A DNA stretch of 64,000 nt from Candidatus Heimdallarchaeota archaeon (GTDB taxonomy: Archaea > Asgardarchaeota > Heimdallarchaeia > Heimdallarchaeales > Heimdallarchaeaceae). The DNA is taken from assembly GCA_023705905.1 (NCBI GenBank), contig BPTK01000001.1:8799-72798 (forward strand). The letters run 5' to 3'. Below, piece after piece: positions 52,015-61,032 of the stretch. Below the pieces are notes generated by a model. That model searched no databases and had not been told where the DNA came from. It saw only the letters and a program-made list of their open reading frames with translations. The position numbers were made by a program, and so were the translations under genes. Within the stretch, counting starts at the first letter, position 1, and every line of letters starts with the position of its first letter.

Positions 52015-52129
52015 ACCTACATATTAACCTGACACAAATCACTAATCATAACATCTTAAGATGACTAGTGGGATTGCACCGATTCATAGCTACCTACATA
52101 TTAACCTGACACAAATCACTAATCATAAC
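52015..52129. repeat. perfect 38-bp direct repeat pair (acctacatattaacctgacacaaatcactaatcataac) flanking a 39-bp unique segment
   Basis: Repeat 1 is 52015-52052, repeat 2 is 52092-52129 and the spacer is 52053-52091. It sits in the 684-bp intergenic region between the ABC ATPase gene and the giant-protein gene. Confidence 0.8.
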
Positions 52130-52617
52130 CAGTAACCCAGATCGTAAAAAGCTACTCCTACAATTAAAGTTAAACCAGCTACACCAATTGTTACAAAGAA
52201 AGCTATCTTTTCTAAATTCTCTGGGATATCAAAATTAGGAATAATCTTGGATAAGGCTACGAAACCAAAAAAGAGGAAACCAACAGACAATATTACGTGG
52301 ATAAGAAAAACCTAATACTATTGAATTGTGAACCAACCCAGAAATAGTATGAATCACTTTCATACCAACCACCTATACAATTTAAAAGAACTAAAGATAT
52401 AGCAATAACAGTTTAAAGGAGAGAAATAAAATAATAAGCAGGTTTAGCATAAAACGGTTTTTGTTCACTTGACATTAAGTAAACTGGTGCCACTTGTATA
52501 AAAAACATTCTTGGGAAGATTTAGAGTGTAAACGTAAGTTTTATTAAAAAAACATAAGAAAAACGATGAAATTTTACACGGTATATATATCAAATTGAAA
52601 ATGAGTACTATAAGAAC

Positions 52618-55600
52618 ATGTGTACCATTAACAATCGTATTAGTTATTTTACAATTTTCATAATGCTTTCATCTTATCTACTGTGTTCTGTTAGTTTGAC
52701 ACCCTCTGTATTAGATACATCTGCTAATATGCAAGCACCTATAATAAACGATGAAATTATTTACATTTATAATACATCAGACACCAGGCAAGAATTCATA
52801 CTAAAAAACAAAAGTCTAGATCTGGGAAGGTTCAACAATTTATCACTAGTATTTGAAATTTCAGGCGAAAAGACTGACGTAAATGGAATTGAAGTATCAT
52901 TCATAATCAATTCAACGAAGATTGATTTCATTCTTGCGAAACATTATCAAAATAGCGGAGTACAAGTCTTATCTCAAGCTTTTGAATATCCAAATGAGTT
53001 TACTGGTTCCATGAATATAACTATTGTATGCAAGGCAAAAGTATTTTCAGGAGGTTCTGGTACACTTCGTATAATAAATTCAACATTAATTGAAAAATTG
53101 GCAATACCCGAGATCCAAAGCAACCCGAAAATAATTCCTGTATATCCCAATTGGTTGATTTTTGATGGTTATGCCTTTGGAGAAAGAAATAGGACTGTAA
53201 AGACTGCGTTTCTAAATACAAAAGAAAACCAGAGTCTCAATCTTTCCGTTTTTTTTGTGTTCAATGATATCCAAACAGTCTCAAAAAAGATAATTTTGGA
53301 AATAAACAGCGAAATAGTTGATATTAGGGAAATTAAGGTTGGGACAAATTTGCTAATCTTTCAAAATCTCAAAATTGAACAAGGATTTAACCTTATACAG
53401 TGTTACTTTAGTTTTCAATATTGCAATAGTTTAATTGAAATTAAAGATATAAATTTCTTAGGAAATTCATACTCGTTTTTGGACTTTCTTCCCCTTAATT
53501 CATACGATTGGATTTATTGGAGAGGAGATGGAATAAATCATTCAATTGATTTATCGGCACTAAAACCTCAAAGTACTGAAAGATCTCTGAAAATATGGTT
53601 TTATTTAGATTTTGGTTGTTTGGGAACAATAATCTCGCCTTCAATTCATTATGAGATTCATGATGGATATGTGAAACTTTGTGAAGGATACATTTCAGAA
53701 CAGTCCCAAAAACAATCATTTAGCCAAATTATAGAACAAACATGGACTTCATTTCATGACACACAATTGAAGATATGTCTTTATGGAAGTACAGAAGGAG
53801 AAGTCGTCTTTTATTTATTGAATACAAGTAGAATTGAAATAGAGTCTATTCCTGAAATAACTACAGAGACCTACGAGACCATCCTCATAGAAGAAGAAGA
53901 AATTAGAACACCACAATTAAGTTATTTCGAAATTAGCATATGTGAGCGATTCTTTTTCAATAATTCTGAAACAATGCAGTACAGCTTCTTCTTACTATTC
54001 GATTTCATTAGGAAAGATCATGAAGGAATCAGCTATATCAAAGTTGAAGTTTATGAAGGAAACTTCCTGCTAATTGAAGAAACTGTTGATAAGCAAGGAA
54101 AAACTAATCTCACCGCCTTATTTTCTGCAAAAAAAGTTAATTCTTTGGTGAATATTACTCTATCAATATTTGGTGCTGGAAATACGATAATAATTCGGAA
54201 CATGTATATTCAAATTAAACTTTTTGTGGAAGAACAAAATACAAATAATGAAGATGATTCAAATACTAATTTTCTCAGAGATAAATGGATTCTGCAAGGT
54301 ATTTTATTGCTTTATCAAGCTTCAATGTTATCGATTTTAGTTCTTCAAGAATTAAGAAGAAGAAGCAAATATGTACATGAACTGGGAGTAAAAGAGTTAA
54401 TAATAAATATTCTTCATTCGAAAAAATATAAGAAGAAACAGCTTCTCAGTCTTACTTTGAAAATCATCAGTTTTATAATCCCGTTTGCAATCACTTTCTT
54501 TTTATTAAAAGAATTCAATTATTTGACTTCTTCATTAAGTCAAATAATATGCTCAATAGTTTGTGGAAGTATTTTCTTTGCTTTAATGGATTTGTTAATG
54601 TATAGAATAGGTAAAAAAAGCCGAAGTCTTTTATCGAAAGGTGCAACAGTTAGAAAGAAAAAAACTGCACTAAATGTGTATGAAAAAATAAGAAACTGGT
54701 TGGCAATATCTAAGAAAAGAAGGCAAAGAATAATTTTGATTGTTGGGGTGCTTACACATCTTATATCTATAAATTTTATTATGAGTTTTTTATTGAATCA
54801 CTCCATATTAGGGGATTATTATTTTCACGTAGAGTGCATTGATTGTATTGCTTGGGGGATGAATCTGTCTATATTGGGGATATTTCTTTCGATTTTTCCT
54901 TGTTTTTTTATCATTAAACTTGGTTTTAATATGATTTCCTTCGAAGACAATATTATAAAATCCTTGCTACTAGGATTGTTAGTTTTATCAACACTGTTCT
55001 TTTCTTGGGGTGTATTTCTTTATTTTATCATAATAAACAAATCTTACTTAGACTCAAACATTTATTCAATTCTTTGGACACTCGCAATGCCAGTGGGTTT
55101 CGCTTTCTTGTTAGGAATTGTGTATAGGTTAGGAAAGAGCAAAGCAAAAGAGCTTAATATTACATTCCTTTCGCTACTAAAATGTGGTAAATTTACTGTA
55201 AATCAAGAAGAAATAACCCAAGCTTTTCAGAATGGTAATTCATCGAGAATGGATTATCAGAAAGTTCAGGATGATGTTCATAGAGAGGTGTTATATCATT
55301 CAATTCAGAAGAATCTTGTATTAAATTCATCAATATCTTTTAAGGGTCTTTCAAGAATTGCTAATGTACCTGAGAGCAAGATTGAAGGATTGCTCACAGA
55401 TATTCTAGATGAAATTCTGAATATGGGGACTATTGCTATAGCGAATAAAACCTTTACTCTAAAGAAAATTGGATCAGATAACATTTTCAGCATTAATGGA
55501 GGTTTAGATAAGAGGGATGTAGCTAATTGCAACAAAAAACATACCAGCATTGATTTAGGGCCCATCAAATTTGAGGAAATTGGAGGAAAACAAAACCTAG

Positions 55601-58600
55601 TAGCACTTTTCAAAAATATAGATATAAAATTCAACGATGAGAAAGTAGCACTTAGAGCATATTCGATGCTGGGGCATATTTTTGACGGTTATGTACATCA
55701 GTATAAAGAAGGAAATTATTTGTTATCTCTATTAAACTCTTTTTCTACTAAAATTGGAAATAAGATAAAGAATCAATCAATAAACGAATCAAATCTATGT
55801 CTCCTATCGGAAGGGGAATACAATCGAATACTTTCTGATTTTGGAAGACAAATAAATCTTAGATATGCAAAAGGAAGGAGATTCAAATCTTGGATACATG
55901 GTTTAGTTGGGTCGTTGATGACAAGATTTTTTGAAAGAATGACACTAAGCATGGATGAAAAGAAAGAATCACTTATTGAACCGTTTAATGAGATTACCAA
56001 CAAAGATACAACGATTCATCTCGATTTAGATATAGGACCAAATCATAGATCCTTAGATATTTTAGGGAAAACAGAAAGTGGAGGGTATATTTTTGGAGAG
56101 AATAAGTATACACAAGGTTCTTTAATTTCTGCCTTGAGTAATGCAACTAAAGTACACAAGGGTTCAGATTTACTAGCAAATCACAATCAAAGGGTTGATT
56201 ACGTAACAACAACTGAAAATCAAGGATTCGATTTATATGTCAGATGGGGGGATTTTATCCTTGATTTAAAGGAAGAATTGTATGTTTTAAACAACCGATA
56301 TAAAACATGGCCAAAGAATAATAAGAACAATAAAATTATACAAAATCAGCTAAGAGTATTGAGAGAGTGCATGAGTATTGGAGGAATGACAGAAATCGTA
56401 AAACTCATGCAAATAGAGATGGTTGAGCAATTTGGGAAGTGTGTCAATTTTGAACTGTTCGACATAACAAAACTAGCTTGTTATAAACTGGAAAAAATAC
56501 AAATCCCAGAAAACATCAAACAATTCTTCATACCTGAAACAACATCAATATTATTACCTTACATAAAAGTTGAGAATCTTAAAATTCCTTTTATTCCAAT
56601 AAAAGAGTCACTAGATTATAAGAGAGAAGGCGGAAGAGGAAGTTACTATACTTACTTGATATTTGGATTTTTGGATAATGAAAAAAAAGAAAAAGAAAGG
56701 TATACTAAATTCGGGTATCAACTACTTACTCCTGATAAGTTCGAGAAATATAATTTTGGTTTAGAACTAATAGAAGGACTACCCTTGGATCAAGGAACAG
56801 TAAATTGTAAAGTATTCACGGTCAAAAGGGGGAAAACTAAAAGTGTTTCAATAAGAAAACTGAGAAATGAGAAGATTGCAATAACACTGCCTATAAATGG
56901 AAAAATGGTAACAATAGATGATCTTAGATTTAAAAATATAATATCAGAAAAGAGAAGAAGAAGAATATCTAATAGAAGGTTTTTAAGAAAACTCATATCA
57001 TCGAATGATAATTTCAGAAAAACTGAAATAGAAGAAGAAATTGAACAGTATTTTGAGAAAGGTATTATACGTGAATTCAATGTAACAATGATTGATTCTT
57101 TAACTTGGGAAGCTTTAGGCTACTTATTACCAAAAACAATTGATGAGATAAATTCAAAGGTTCCAGCAGCAGATATAGCTTTTTATCTCAGATTAAAGGG
57201 GAATTTTGAATATTGTAAGCAAGATATCATTGTATCATTTAAAAGCAGAAATTTAAATTTGACACATGTTTCAGATCCATCAAAGCCCTTACCTAAACTC
57301 TATAAACTGGGAGTAGCAGACATCATAAGAGCAGATGTGGAGCGACAGATAATCAGCCAAAATGACTATACAGTAGATGACGTACTTAAGAACATAGAGA
57401 AAAGTTGCAAAGATTACAATTATGAAAGTGAATTGTTAAGAAAGTTTGTTTCACCATTTATGTTAATAGAGTTGATGAAAAGTGAATGTTTTGAACAGCA
57501 TTCTAATGAACTTTATTACAACTTTCGGAAATATTTTGATGCTCATAAAGAGATAAAATTAGTTAAAGACCCCTTAGATGAAGATAAGATCATTGATCCC
57601 AGAATAAGTATTTCATCAGCACGAAATCTACTATTCGATTTCTTTAAGTTTCAAGAATTTAGGAGCATTAATCAGAATTGCGCAGATAATGAGAAGATTG
57701 ATAGCATTACTTATAACAAGATTATTAACAACAAAATTAAGAACTATGAAATTCAAAGACTTAGAAGTCTTCTAGTTTTTATGGAAGATAACAATAAAAA
57801 ACCAATTTGCAAAATTACTCCTTTCTGGGCTGTTATTTCTGAAAAAGTTATACCAAAGACCCTCAAAAGGTACATACTTTGCAATGGAAAAATAATTCCT
57901 GTAAAGTATAGAACAAATTTTGGTGGAAATAGCATCTATCCAATGATTTCAAGTAGATTTACAAGTATCAGAACTATCAGCTCAGGAAAAAAGGAAAATA
58001 GATATTTGTTTATGCAGTCTGTGCTAGGAGTATTAGCAGGACTTTCTTTTCAACCGAAAACAAAAAAGAGAAAATTAAGCGCAAAAACCTCTTTTGAAAT
58101 AGGAAACATCATGAAAGATTCATACAAAAACCTTCTATTCCCAACAAACAATAAGAATAACAATTTAAGAGCAAGTCGAATCGCAGTTAATGAATTAAGG
58201 ACCTTTAGAAAACAATTACGTGAAGGTGTTCAAGAACATCAGAATTCTAGTTACAAGAGATATGGAGAGAAGGTTGTAGGAGCTTTTATTTCTAGAGCAA
58301 AGGATTTCAAAACGAACAAAGGAATACTCAAAAGAGATATTCTTGTGATAAGGTTATATATAAATGGATATTCAAGAATACACTTTGGAGGGAAAGATGT
58401 TGAAGTCTTAAAACCCAGTTATTCTTTGTTCAGTATACAAAAATCAAGTGGTTTAGGAGATATGGAAGGCATTGAGACAGTTCTTTCCTTGAACAAGTTA
58501 CAATTTCTTGAGCTAAAAAGCAAATTAGAAGGAAAAATACCATGGTCCAAAGAGGATAAGGGAATCACAGAACAAGAACTCTGCAAAACTAGTTTTATGA

Positions 58601-59424
58601 AAGATTTATTTATAGCATATGAGAGATTTAGATTTACTAGAAAGCTAAAAAAAGATGGTAGCAAGGGAACAGATGTATTCCATGTTACAGATACAGAACA
58701 TAAACATGGGATGAAAAAAGAATATTCAAAAAGAAATAGAAGATTATTCATCAGAAACAGCTATATGGCAAGTTATAATCATGATGAACTCAAGAAATTC
58801 ATATCAAAGTATATAGAATTCCTAGGAAATCATAAATCAACGGAGCACCTGACTGAAATATCAGTAAAGCTTCTTGTTGATAAAATAGATAAAGATGGAC
58901 ATAGAACAGTTTCTTCCATAGGAAGAGCACTTCAAAAAACGAAAATATTGAACTTGAAAACAGGTGAAACAAGCTCAGTATTAGGTTATAACATTGAGTA
59001 TCTTTGGCAAGAACTAGAAGAAATATTAAGATTGAAAGAGAAATTAATTTCATTTTATGATGCAGGTGTTATTAGTCATACAGTTTCAAGAGATTCAAAG
59101 ATAAAATTCTATTCCAGAAAACTACGGGAACTGAATCCAGAATATAGCATCTTTGAAAGTATTATTTACAATGATGAAGAGTATAATTTCTCACCTGATT
59201 CTTATGCATGGTTTGATAACAAATCAGGGCAAGTTATCTCATTGGAAACCGTCCTACTAAAAGGAATTAGAAAAGGATATATTGACAAACAACAAAAGTT
59301 AGTAAAGATATTTGATTTGCTTCAAGTATTTCAAAATGAATTAGTTAAAGTTACAACTGATAAACAAGGGAGGATCCATGGTAAAACCAAAGGATGGACA
59401 AAGTTGAACTCTGAACTTAGCTAA
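52618..59424 (+). CDS. giant membrane-spanning protein (2268 aa) of unknown function
   Basis: Signal peptide, then an N/I/S-rich ectodomain of about 540 aa, then a block of 6-7 TM helices (about 54285-55140). The K/E-rich cytoplasmic region of about 1400 aa contains a wHTH-like segment (FKGLSRIANVPESKIEGLLTDILDEIL, about 55230-55500) and a PD-(D/E)xK-like motif (IHLDLDIG ... SLDILGK ... YIFGENKY, about 56017-56110). It is a single uninterrupted frame. Confidence 0.6.
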   Translation: MCTINNRISYFTIFIMLSSYLLCSVSLTPSVLDTSANMQAPIINDEIIYIYNTSDTRQEFILKNKSLDLGRFNNLSLVFEISGEKTDVNGIEVSFIINSTKIDFILAKHYQNSGVQVLSQAFEYPNEFTGSMNITIVCKAKVFSGGSGTLRIINSTLIEKLAIPEIQSNPKIIPVYPNWLIFDGYAFGERNRTVKTAFLNTKENQSLNLSVFFVFNDIQTVSKKIILEINSEIVDIREIKVGTNLLIFQNLKIEQGFNLIQCYFSFQYCNSLIEIKDINFLGNSYSFLDFLPLNSYDWIYWRGDGINHSIDLSALKPQSTERSLKIWFYLDFGCLGTIISPSIHYEIHDGYVKLCEGYISEQSQKQSFSQIIEQTWTSFHDTQLKICLYGSTEGEVVFYLLNTSRIEIESIPEITTETYETILIEEEEIRTPQLSYFEISICERFFFNNSETMQYSFFLLFDFIRKDHEGISYIKVEVYEGNFLLIEETVDKQGKTNLTALFSAKKVNSLVNITLSIFGAGNTIIIRNMYIQIKLFVEEQNTNNEDDSNTNFLRDKWILQGILLLYQASMLSILVLQELRRRSKYVHELGVKELIINILHSKKYKKKQLLSLTLKIISFIIPFAITFFLLKEFNYLTSSLSQIICSIVCGSIFFALMDLLMYRIGKKSRSLLSKGATVRKKKTALNVYEKIRNWLAISKKRRQRIILIVGVLTHLISINFIMSFLLNHSILGDYYFHVECIDCIAWGMNLSILGIFLSIFPCFFIIKLGFNMISFEDNIIKSLLLGLLVLSTLFFSWGVFLYFIIINKSYLDSNIYSILWTLAMPVGFAFLLGIVYRLGKSKAKELNITFLSLLKCGKFTVNQEEITQAFQNGNSSRMDYQKVQDDVHREVLYHSIQKNLVLNSSISFKGLSRIANVPESKIEGLLTDILDEILNMGTIAIANKTFTLKKIGSDNIFSINGGLDKRDVANCNKKHTSIDLGPIKFEEIGGKQNLVALFKNIDIKFNDEKVALRAYSMLGHIFDGYVHQYKEGNYLLSLLNSFSTKIGNKIKNQSINESNLCLLSEGEYNRILSDFGRQINLRYAKGRRFKSWIHGLVGSLMTRFFERMTLSMDEKKESLIEPFNEITNKDTTIHLDLDIGPNHRSLDILGKTESGGYIFGENKYTQGSLISALSNATKVHKGSDLLANHNQRVDYVTTTENQGFDLYVRWGDFILDLKEELYVLNNRYKTWPKNNKNNKIIQNQLRVLRECMSIGGMTEIVKLMQIEMVEQFGKCVNFELFDITKLACYKLEKIQIPENIKQFFIPETTSILLPYIKVENLKIPFIPIKESLDYKREGGRGSYYTYLIFGFLDNEKKEKERYTKFGYQLLTPDKFEKYNFGLELIEGLPLDQGTVNCKVFTVKRGKTKSVSIRKLRNEKIAITLPINGKMVTIDDLRFKNIISEKRRRRISNRRFLRKLISSNDNFRKTEIEEEIEQYFEKGIIREFNVTMIDSLTWEALGYLLPKTIDEINSKVPAADIAFYLRLKGNFEYCKQDIIVSFKSRNLNLTHVSDPSKPLPKLYKLGVADIIRADVERQIISQNDYTVDDVLKNIEKSCKDYNYESELLRKFVSPFMLIELMKSECFEQHSNELYYNFRKYFDAHKEIKLVKDPLDEDKIIDPRISISSARNLLFDFFKFQEFRSINQNCADNEKIDSITYNKIINNKIKNYEIQRLRSLLVFMEDNNKKPICKITPFWAVISEKVIPKTLKRYILCNGKIIPVKYRTNFGGNSIYPMISSRFTSIRTISSGKKENRYLFMQSVLGVLAGLSFQPKTKKRKLSAKTSFEIGNIMKDSYKNLLFPTNNKNNNLRASRIAVNELRTFRKQLREGVQEHQNSSYKRYGEKVVGAFISRAKDFKTNKGILKRDILVIRLYINGYSRIHFGGKDVEVLKPSYSLFSIQKSSGLGDMEGIETVLSLNKLQFLELKSKLEGKIPWSKEDKGITEQELCKTSFMKDLFIAYERFRFTRKLKKDGSKGTDVFHVTDTEHKHGMKKEYSKRNRRLFIRNSYMASYNHDELKKFISKYIEFLGNHKSTEHLTEISVKLLVDKIDKDGHRTVSSIGRALQKTKILNLKTGETSSVLGYNIEYLWQELEEILRLKEKLISFYDAGVISHTVSRDSKIKFYSRKLRELNPEYSIFESIIYNDEEYNFSPDSYAWFDNKSGQVISLETVLLKGIRKGYIDKQQKLVKIFDLLQVFQNELVKVTTDKQGRIHGKTKGWTKLNSELS

Positions 59425-59507
59425 CCTTAAGAGAATTGGTAATAACATTGAAACATCGACGAAAAAATTTTTAAAAGCAAATACAAGTTTAGAACACCTA
59501 ACAAAGC

Positions 59508-59616
59508 GGGCCTGTGGCTCAGTTAGGCAGAGTTTGTTTCGAGGTATTCGACAAACGCCTAAAGCAGCGGACTCTTAATCCGTCGGTCGTCGGTTCAAAT
59601 CCGACCAGGCTCGCCA
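59508..59616 (+). tRNA. tRNA-Lys (anticodon CUU) with an intron of about 32 nt at a non-canonical position (26/27 junction); CCA is encoded
   Basis: Acceptor GGGCCTG/CAGGCTC with a G-U wobble. D-arm GCTC-AGTTAGGCA-GAGT. Intron tgtttcgaggtattcgacaaacgcctaaagca. Anticodon arm GCGGA-CTCTTAA-TCCGT. Variable loop CGGTC. T-arm GTCGG-TTCAAAT-CCGAC. Discriminator G, then CCA. Confidence 0.65.
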
Positions 59617-59785
59617 TTATCTTTCTTTTTCATATGTCCCCAGTAAATTTCTGATAATAGTTTCATTCGTAAGATTGTTCCTTCGACTTCTGGTAAAAAA
59701 TCTATTCTACCAAAAAATATTCCTTGTTTAGCATAAAGAAGGTTAGTATAAGAACAATAATCACCTAACGTTTTACATTTCTCTA

Positions 59786-60121
59786 TTGTTTTATCTGTTA
59801 TCTCTAAAACTTCTTCCCCTCCCAATTCCTGTAACTCTTTCTGATCTTTCTATCAATCTTGTACCAGTAGATATGAATGACGAAGATTCCTACCTTCAAG
59901 CTCTCCGAGATTATGAACAGTCACTCCATCAAGGAGTCAAAGACCCTTTAATCTTTGGTCTCAAGAAAATCTTTGAACAATCTTACAAGGATTTCACTTC
60001 CTTTCTCTCCTCCTTCGATTCTCTCTTTTTCCTTAAGAAACAAACAGAAGATATGAAACAACTTGATGATGCTCTCTCTCATCTTGTCACTGAACTAACC
60101 TCCCATTTACAAGTAGATTGA
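59786..60121 (+). CDS. hypothetical protein (111 aa)
   Basis: An ORF with no recognisable motifs. It competes with the minus-strand ORF 59595..59825, which overlaps the tRNA antisense. Confidence 0.2.
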   Translation: MFYLLSLKLLPLPIPVTLSDLSINLVPVDMNDEDSYLQALRDYEQSLHQGVKDPLIFGLKKIFEQSYKDFTSFLSSFDSLFFLKKQTEDMKQLDDALSHLVTELTSHLQVD

Positions 60122-60272
60122 AGTGGATGTGAAGCAGTTGCTTACTTCTGAAGAACACACTACACTTACTTCTTTTTCTTTTTATAGAATTTGTTGGAAA
60201 GATATCTGAGTATGAAAGAAGATGAGAGAGGGAGAGACTGATATTATGTGTCAATCCCCTTCTAATAATATA

Positions 60273-60956
60273 TTAAATATTTCTGCGTTTTCTCCTTAGG
60301 ATTACAATAAATACGTATGAAGATAGTGAAATAAATACTAAAGAGAATATGGGGGAAAATTTTGCCTCATCAGTAGGTTGTTCAGTAGGTTGTTCAGTAA
60401 TATCAAAGAGACTATGCGTTATATTCATAACACCAGAAGCCATTGTAATAACTGTTATCAATTGCTCTCCTGGTGTAATATCATCAGGGTTGAAAACTGT
60501 ACCTATATATATAGGTCTCCAGAGAGTATAGTTGCCATCTGGAAGATGAAATAAACCTGTTTGATTAATATAAAACTTGATAAATGCATGTTCAACTGTT
60601 ATACCAGGTTGATAGGAATAATGCATAATTGTCGCATGGGCATACACTCTTTGTTTAATTTCCAATGATTGATTAACAAATGATGCATTAATCAAGACTT
60701 TAGAAGTCAAATCTGATAATTCGATTACCGTTTGATTTTCCGTATCTCTATTTAAGATCTCTACTTCTGCTTCGATACCAAATAAGGTATTATTTGACCT
60801 ATAAAAATCTGGATCTGTAATTACTGTAATGTAACTGATTCTAGAAATTCTTGAAGCAATAACTGGTTGATCTCCATTAACTGATAACGCAGTAGGAAAA
60901 ATAAGCATCGGTATTAGTATTGATACAATCAAGAATTTTTCTAGTATTTTATTCAT
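60273..60956 (-). CDS. secreted protein with a PTEQ repeat linker and a C-terminal TM anchor followed by a basic tail (sorting-signal-like)
   Basis: The likely start is MNKILEKFLIVSILIPMLIFPTALS (signal peptide); the ORF track starts at 61022. The C-terminus reads PTEQPTEQPTDEAKFSPIFSLVFISLSSYVFIVILRRKRRNI. The linker is encoded by a 12-bp tandem repeat at about 60376-60405. Confidence 0.4.
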   Translation of the reverse strand: MNKILEKFLIVSILIPMLIFPTALSVNGDQPVIASRISRISYITVITDPDFYRSNNTLFGIEAEVEILNRDTENQTVIELSDLTSKVLINASFVNQSLEIKQRVYAHATIMHYSYQPGITVEHAFIKFYINQTGLFHLPDGNYTLWRPIYIGTVFNPDDITPGEQLITVITMASGVMNITHSLFDITEQPTEQPTDEAKFSPIFSLVFISLSSYVFIVILRRKRRNI

Positions 60957-61032
60957 GAATTTTTTCCTCCTTGTTGATTTCATTAATGCTGAGTCCTTAA
61001 TTATATATATACAAAAAAACATATAAAATTTT

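Noticed and set aside
52015-52129. Calling the 38-bp repeat pair a CRISPR array
   Set aside because: There are only two repeats and one spacer, no cas genes anywhere in the 64 kb, and the repeat is not palindromic. It is kept as a finding but not annotated as CRISPR.
53021-58751. Eight short minus-strand ORFs inside the giant gene (53021..53221, 53495..53719, 55305..55634, 55773..56003, 56790..57080, 57753..57935, 58419..58751, 58799..59053)
   Set aside because: They are antisense to one continuous 6.8-kb ORF and are low-complexity AT-rich frames.
59595-59825. 76-aa minus-strand ORF
   Set aside because: Its last 22 nt are antisense to the tRNA-Lys 3' end and it overlaps the plus-strand ORF 59786..60121. 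There are no motifs. It may be real but is not supportable here.
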